Source: Zootoca vivipara (Eukaryota). From it: a DNA stretch of 64,000 nucleotides. The stretch is from the NCBI RefSeq assembly GCF_963506605.1, contig NC_083283.1:59520001-59584000 (forward strand). Reading direction: 5' to 3'. A program made the position numbers and the translations under genes. The notes under the pieces are model-generated. The model was not told where the DNA came from. It searched no databases and saw nothing but the letters and a program-made list of their open reading frames with translations. Positions 62,901 through 64,000 of this stretch are shown piece after piece (the first letter of the stretch is position 1; each line of letters opens with the position of its first letter).

Positions 62901-63265
62901 GGCTTTTTGTGATGTTCATCTCGTTATAAAGGGAAAAATTAGGATAATTCGCTCATTACAAAGTGAATCCACCTTTGAGAGCAGAATTTTCATTAGCTTT
63001 GTTGGATCTAATCTGCATTCATTGGAATCCAAAACCAACCTGTATTAGTAACCCGTTGTTTTCTGGATGCCCCTGGAAAAAGTACTTCCACAGTATGTGA
63101 CCAATATTCCACTCTTCATATCCCATATCACATTATAGATAAAACAGAAGATGACATGGAAAGAGAAGCACGTCTTGTAGAACAGTGGGTAGGGCTAACA
63201 GAAGAAAGAAATGCTGTGCTCGTCCCAGCACCAGACAGTGGGATCCCAGGTGCTCCTGCAAATTG
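7772..63265 (+). CDS. KIF13A: KIF13A kinesin-3 motor protein, spliced CDS of exons 1-28 (3' incomplete)
   Basis: 28 exons with GT-AG boundaries join in one open frame: [19 protein letters not shown]..., P-loop GQTGSGKS, switch I NEESSRSH, switch II DLAGSE, neck coil, FHA (DHTRVG...[15 protein letters not shown]), to ...[13 protein letters not shown]. Recognised as the KIF13A sequence rather than KIF13B. Confidence 0.97.
7828..7890 (+). repeat. (TAA)21 microsatellite starting within the exon 1 donor
   Basis: G|gtaataataa... perfect trinucleotide run. Confidence 0.97.
8539..8673 (-). mobile_element. tRNA(Lys)-derived SINE with CR1-like 3' tail
   Basis: Reverse complement ...AGCTCAGTCAGTAGATCATGAGACTCTTAATCTCAGGGTCATGGGTTTGAACCCAC followed by GGAGTTGAACTAGATGACCCTTGTGGCCCC CR1-like end. 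Confidence 0.8.
9148..9241 (+). CDS. KIF13A: KIF13A exon 2 ([31 protein letters not shown])
   Basis: tttcag| acceptor, AG|gtaaac donor, 94 nt, frame continuous. Confidence 0.95.
10267..10401. mobile_element. hAT-type MITE
   Basis: 8-bp TSD GGCTTACT at 10259-10266 and 10402-10409; TAGTGCT.../...CCCCTG ends. Confidence 0.7.
11902..12930. mobile_element. Tc2/pogo-like non-autonomous element with GC-rich minisatellite cargo
   Basis: TIR CCGTGTTTCTCCTAAAATAAGAC / GTCTTATTTTAGGAGAAACACGG, TA flanks, subterminal (G)TCTTATTTT repeats. Confidence 0.88.
14146..14511 (+). mobile_element. Sauria SINE, full length, 26-bp TSD
   Basis: GGGACCCAGGTGGCGCTG head, ACCTTTACCTTT tail; TAGTGGACTACCCCCCTTTCTTAGTT at 14118-14143 and 14512-14537. 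Confidence 0.92.
14774..14987. mobile_element. Tigger/pogo-like MITE
   Basis: TA|CAGTGGTACCTC ... AGGTTCCACTG|TA. Confidence 0.8.
15600..16198. mobile_element. hAT non-autonomous element, GC-rich
   Basis: 8-bp TSD CTTAAACC at 15592-15599 and 16199-16206; CAG.../...CTG termini; internal hairpin at ~15707-15850. Confidence 0.8.
17807..19549. mobile_element. hAT non-autonomous composite element A (1743 bp)
   Basis: Perfect 8-bp TSD GTTGTAGC (17799-17806, 19550-19557); TIR CAGGGGCGTACCCAG / CTGGGTACACCCATG. Confidence 0.9.
18011..18381. mobile_element. hAT MITE nested in element A
   Basis: TIR CAGGGACGTCT / AGACGGCCCTG; TSD CTCTGAAG / CTCTGAAA (7/8). Confidence 0.8.
19569..19833. mobile_element. 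Tigger/pogo-like MITE
   Basis: TA|CAGTTGAACC ... GAGGTTCCACTG|TA. Confidence 0.75.
19836..20228. mobile_element. Tigger/pogo-like MITE abutting the previous one
   Basis: Shares TA at 19834-19835; ends GTAGAGGTTCCACTG|TA; (TT)ACGAA subterminal repeats. Confidence 0.75.
22797..25314 (+). repeat. ~505-bp tandem duplication; second copy interrupted by the 23685-25182 element
   Basis: Copy 1 22797-23301; copy 2 23305-23684 plus 25185-25314; each contains a 5'-truncated tRNA-SINE/CR1-tail fragment. Confidence 0.9.
23685..25182. mobile_element. Tc2/pogo-like non-autonomous element with long internal palindrome
   Basis: TA|CCGTGTTTCCC...TTAAGAC / GTCTTAA...GGGAAACACGG|TA; arms ~23884-24412 and ~24515-25043; mirror ORFs in the track sum to the same centre (24024+24903 = 24178+24749 = 48927). 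Confidence 0.92.
25360..25684. mobile_element. hAT (Charlie-like) MITE nested in element B
   Basis: Perfect TSD ATTTACAG (25352-25359, 25685-25692); CAGGCACGTCCAAC / GTGGCCACCCCTG; internal degenerate ~55-bp repeats. Confidence 0.85.
27200..27385 (-). mobile_element. MIR/CORE-type SINE fragment
   Basis: ACAACAACCTTGTGAGGTAG...AAGTCACCCAG...GGATTTGAATCCTGG core motif. Confidence 0.65.
28519..28531 (+). CDS. KIF13A: KIF13A exon 3, 13-nt micro-exon (R-KSPK)
   Basis: ttcctcag|AAAATCACCTAAG|gtaagt; restores frame between exon 2 (phase 2) and exon 4 (phase 0). Confidence 0.93.
29035..29201. mobile_element. Tc2/pogo-like MITE (CCGTATTTT type)
   Basis: CCATATCTTTCCGTGTATAAGAC / GTCTTATACATGGAAAAATACGG|TA; repeated TATAAGAC. 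Confidence 0.7.
29260..29395. mobile_element. hAT MITE, palindromic
   Basis: TSD ATATATAG (29252-29259, 29396-29403); TIR CAGGCATGTCAAA / TTTGACATGCCTG. Confidence 0.88.
30410..30470 (+). CDS. KIF13A: KIF13A exon 4 ([21 protein letters not shown])
   Basis: tgcag| ... G|gtatga, 61 nt. Confidence 0.96.
32207..32299 (+). CDS. KIF13A: KIF13A exon 5 ([31 protein letters not shown])
   Basis: ttgtag| ... G|gtgaga, 93 nt; first half of P-loop. Confidence 0.97.
32753..32974. mobile_element. Tigger/pogo-like MITE
   Basis: TA|CAGTCATACCTCATG ... CATAAGGTACCACTG|TA. Confidence 0.75.
34123..34303 (+). CDS. KIF13A: KIF13A exon 6 (SGKSFSMMG...[10 protein letters not shown])
   Basis: ttttag| ... GG|gtaagg, 181 nt. 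Confidence 0.97.
35020..35212 (+). mobile_element. CR1 LINE ORF2 C-terminal fragment
   Basis: Degenerate YKIMH..EKFFS..HPMKL..GRFK..K.YFF..WNSLPQ motif. Confidence 0.6.
35698..35785 (+). CDS. KIF13A: KIF13A exon 7 ([29 protein letters not shown])
   Basis: ttcaaag| ... GAG|gtaggt, 88 nt. Confidence 0.96.
35845..36199 (-). mobile_element. Sauria SINE, full length, 60 nt downstream of exon 7
   Basis: 12-bp TSD ATGGTGGGGCGG (35833-35844, 36200-36211). Confidence 0.92.
36765..36899 (+). CDS. KIF13A: KIF13A exon 8 ([31 protein letters not shown]...LQSG)
   Basis: cttcag| ... GGC|gtaagc, 135 nt; switch I. Confidence 0.97.
37872..37989 (-). mobile_element. Penelope-like element terminal fragment
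   Basis: Homologous to 52454-52665; reverse complement TGAAGTAGTGTGCATGCACATGAAAGCTCATACC...TTGGTCTCTAAGGTGCTAC. Confidence 0.7.
38367..38479 (+). CDS. KIF13A: KIF13A exon 9 ([38 protein letters not shown])
   Basis: gcttag| ... AA|gtaagg, 113 nt; switch II. Confidence 0.97.
38845..39214 (+). mobile_element. L2 LINE 3' fragment
   Basis: Homologous to 55321-55704; CCGCTCAGAGTG...GATGGGCAGGGTATAA end. Confidence 0.75.
39839..39950 (+). CDS. KIF13A: KIF13A exon 10 ([37 protein letters not shown])
   Basis: ttctag| ... AAG|gtaaga, 112 nt. Confidence 0.97.
40192..40357 (+). repeat. Perfect 81-bp direct repeat with 4-nt spacer
   Basis: 40192-40272 is identical to 40277-40357; spacer CACA. Confidence 0.95.
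40623..40835 (+). CDS. KIF13A: KIF13A exon 11 ([40 protein letters not shown]...LTQAE)
   Basis: ctttag| ... GAG|gtaaat, 213 nt; end of motor domain and neck. Confidence 0.97.
41193..41303 (+). CDS. KIF13A: KIF13A exon 12 ([37 protein letters not shown])
   Basis: atgaag| acceptor within a 9-nt tandem duplication; CAG|gtattc donor, 111 nt. Confidence 0.92.
42116..42588 (-). mobile_element. L2 LINE 3' fragment
   Basis: Minus [20 protein letters not shown]...[14 protein letters not shown] (L2 ORF2 end), (TTA)n tail. Confidence 0.8.
42600..42950 (-). mobile_element. CR1 RT fragment
   Basis: Reverse complement encodes degenerate [15 protein letters not shown] motif. Confidence 0.6.
43649..43783 (+). 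CDS. KIF13A: KIF13A exon 13 ([45 protein letters not shown])
   Basis: ttacag| ... AAG|gtaaaa, 135 nt. Confidence 0.97.
43871..44238 (+). mobile_element. Sauria SINE (different subfamily), 88 nt downstream of exon 13
   Basis: 11-bp TSD ATATCTACATT (43859-43869, 44240-44250); ACCTTT tail. Confidence 0.9.
45222..45352 (+). CDS. KIF13A: KIF13A exon 14 ([25 protein letters not shown]...KENA-R), FHA domain
   Basis: aaccag| ... AG|gtaaga, 131 nt. Confidence 0.96.
47845..47931 (+). CDS. KIF13A: KIF13A exon 15 ([29 protein letters not shown]), FHA domain
   Basis: tttcag| ... AG|gtaatc, 87 nt. Confidence 0.96.
48436..49105 (+). mobile_element. L2 LINE 3' fragment
   Basis: ORF remnant [15 protein letters not shown]...KLQLVEN..ARLL typical of L2 ORF2; AATAAAT tail. 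Confidence 0.8.
49400..49566 (+). CDS. KIF13A: KIF13A exon 16 ([11 protein letters not shown]...[16 protein letters not shown])
   Basis: taacag| ... G|gtaaga, 167 nt. Confidence 0.96.
50017..50227 (+). CDS. KIF13A: KIF13A exon 17 ([25 protein letters not shown]...LWSEE-R)
   Basis: atctag| ... AG|gtgaga, 211 nt. Confidence 0.96.
50949..51111 (+). CDS. KIF13A: KIF13A exon 18 ([19 protein letters not shown]...[11 protein letters not shown])
   Basis: ctttag| ... AAG|gtaaga, 163 nt. Confidence 0.96.
51543..51683 (+). CDS. KIF13A: KIF13A exon 19 ([22 protein letters not shown]...EWKERAHE)
   Basis: gtttag| ... GAG|gtattc, 141 nt. Confidence 0.96.
52454..52665. mobile_element. Penelope-like element terminus in inverted-repeat form, with hammerhead-like motif
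   Basis: ~79-bp arms 52454-52532 / 52563-52641; centre GTAT-CTGAAGA-AGTGTGCATGCACAC-AAAAGCTC-ATAC. Confidence 0.75.
52958..54308 (-). mobile_element. CR1 LINE 3' part (RT to tail), interrupted by BovB
   Basis: Minus ORFs [12 protein letters not shown]...CKVLHLG and [22 protein letters not shown]; CR1-type tail. Confidence 0.92.
53850..54245 (-). mobile_element. BovB (RTE) LINE 3' fragment nested in CR1
   Basis: GTCGTGTCCGACTCTTCGTGACCCCATGGAC BovB 3' end with (CAA)n tail; TSD CCTTCAAT (53842-53849, 54246-54253). Confidence 0.9.
54472..54706. mobile_element. Tc2/pogo-like MITE, minimal member of the family at 11902 and 23685
   Basis: TA|CCCTGTTTCTC...TAAGAC / GTCTTA...GAGAAACACGG|TA; same subterminal blocks in opposite orientation; only ~45-bp interior. 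Confidence 0.85.
54757..54906 (+). CDS. KIF13A: KIF13A exon 20 ([33 protein letters not shown]...ISQQGE)
   Basis: aaacag| ... GAG|gtaagt, 150 nt. Confidence 0.95.
55321..55704 (+). mobile_element. L2 LINE 3' end with (ATT)n tail
   Basis: [11 protein letters not shown]...RTLRS...[15 protein letters not shown]...; (ATT)n at ~55657-55704. Confidence 0.85.
55952..56116 (+). CDS. KIF13A: KIF13A exon 21 ([14 protein letters not shown]...PKKLTCR)
   Basis: gtgcag| ... AGG|gtatgg, 165 nt. Confidence 0.95.
56125..56158 (+). repeat. (TG)17 microsatellite
   Basis: Starts at intron position +9 after exon 21. Confidence 0.95.
56696..56869 (+). CDS. KIF13A: KIF13A exon 22 ([24 protein letters not shown]...TFAHCK)
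   Basis: gtctag| ... AAG|gtaatt, 174 nt. Confidence 0.96.
56913..56956 (+). repeat. (TA)22 microsatellite
   Basis: Perfect dinucleotide run. Confidence 0.95.
57720..57871 (+). CDS. KIF13A: KIF13A exon 23 ([27 protein letters not shown]...TRTLRD-R)
   Basis: ttctag| ... AG|gtaaac, 152 nt. Confidence 0.96.
58135..58379 (+). mobile_element. Rex1/Babar-like LINE 3' end
   Basis: [20 protein letters not shown]-terminal motif; AATTTCGTTG...CAATGACAATAAAG followed by a (TCTTA)n tail. Confidence 0.7.
58482..58614 (+). CDS. KIF13A: KIF13A exon 24 ([21 protein letters not shown]...GIFQLRQ)
   Basis: ctctag| ... CAG|gtacaa, 133 nt; followed by an 83-nt intron. Confidence 0.96.
58698..58844 (+). CDS. 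KIF13A: KIF13A exon 25 ([24 protein letters not shown]...RGLDSYQ)
   Basis: gaccag| ... CAG|gtagga, 147 nt. Confidence 0.96.
59283..59361 (-). mobile_element. tRNA-derived SINE head fragment
   Basis: Reverse complement GGGGAAGGACTGTAGCTCAATGACAGAGCATCTGCTTTTGCATGCAGAATGTCTCAGATTCAATTCCCAG (degenerate A and B boxes). Confidence 0.6.
59812..60140 (+). mobile_element. Sauria SINE with small internal deletion
   Basis: CGCTGTGGGTTAAACCACAGAGCC...GGGGTCCCTTTACCTTT; flanking TACAAGA repeats. Confidence 0.88.
60804..60845 (+). CDS. KIF13A: KIF13A exon 26, 42-nt in-frame acidic exon ([14 protein letters not shown]), probably alternative
   Basis: ttctaccag| ... CAG|gtattg; phase 0/0; resembles the mammalian RDDEDGDDMDSYQ exon (from recall). 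Confidence 0.9.
62691..62790 (+). CDS. KIF13A: KIF13A exon 27 ([34 protein letters not shown])
   Basis: ccatag| ... G|gttcgt, 100 nt. Confidence 0.95.
63139..63265 (+). CDS. KIF13A: KIF13A exon 28 ([42 protein letters not shown])
   Basis: ttatag| ... TG|gtaggt, 127 nt. Confidence 0.95.
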
Positions 63266-63310
63266 GTAGGTTTACTGAAATGCATTATATTTCAGCTTGC
63301 TTGCAAAATA

Positions 63311-63437
63311 CCGTATATTCCGGCGTATAAGACGACTGGGAGTATAAGACGACCCCCAACTTTTCCAGTTAAAATCCCCTGACTTTTGAGAAGATTTTCC
63401 TGGGTTAAAAAGTAGTCTTATACGCAGGAATATACAG
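63311..63437. mobile_element. Tc2/pogo-like MITE
   Basis: TA|CCGTATATTCCGGCGTATAAGAC / GTCTTATACGCAGGAATATACAG|TA. Confidence 0.82.
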
Positions 63438-64000
63438 TAACTTTTGAGTGAATATTGTATGCAGTTAACAGCATAGTAAAGAGCTGAGGAAAGAATTAAG
63501 CTGCTAAAATGCTAAATGTGTGTTCACTTTTTTAAAAATTGACCTTTATATTCCACAACACAACATTAGTGCCCTTAGTTCAGCTAGAAACATATTACAA
63601 CTAGAAATAAAACCGCTGAAGTGAACTGGTTGTTTTATTGCTGGTCTGTGTATCCTGAAGATTTATCTCACCCTGAGATTTTTGGATTAAGGGCAGGATA
63701 TAAATATTTTAATAAATAGAAAATAAAAAAGGTTTCAGGCGGTGTAATGCACAGTCATGTAATAATGTAGAACCAGCGTTTATATACAAGTTCATTTACA
63801 GAATTCCATGGGATTTCCTGTTGTATTAATGCTTGTAGTACGTGTTAACACCTGTACTGGGATCCTGAAGTAAAAAAGACACACTCCACATTTCGCTCTA
63901 TTATGCATTGAGACAATTAGATTCAGGATTTGCATCTAGCTCCAAACACTTCATTTCCATAGAACTAGGGACTGTTTAGGAGATATGGTGGAGAAAATAT

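Overview
Vertebrate genomic DNA, most likely from a lacertid lizard (inferred from Sauria-type SINEs, BovB, CR1, L2, squamate L1 and many MITEs). The window holds the 5' part of the kinesin-3 gene KIF13A on the + strand. It has a CpG-island promoter (~6.8-8.3 kb), ATG at 7772, and 28 coding exons that I could splice in frame through GT-AG introns. These total 3494 nt (~1164 codons), and the gene continues past the window. The exons include a 13-nt micro-exon (28519-28531) and a 42-nt acidic cassette-type exon (60804-60845). Almost all six-frame ORFs outside these exons are spurious or transposon-derived. The most unusual region is the 19-kb intron 2, where non-autonomous DNA transposons share termini and intact TSDs but carry different, often CpG-rich, cargo. 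Two hAT elements (1.7 kb and 3.6 kb) are nested composites. Tc2/pogo-like elements carry either an internally inverted minisatellite or a ~530-bp-arm near-perfect palindrome, and the palindromic element's empty pre-insertion site is visible in an adjacent tandem duplicate. Penelope-like termini with a degenerate minimal hammerhead ribozyme motif are also present. No prokaryotic features, CRISPR arrays, rRNA or true tRNA genes were seen.
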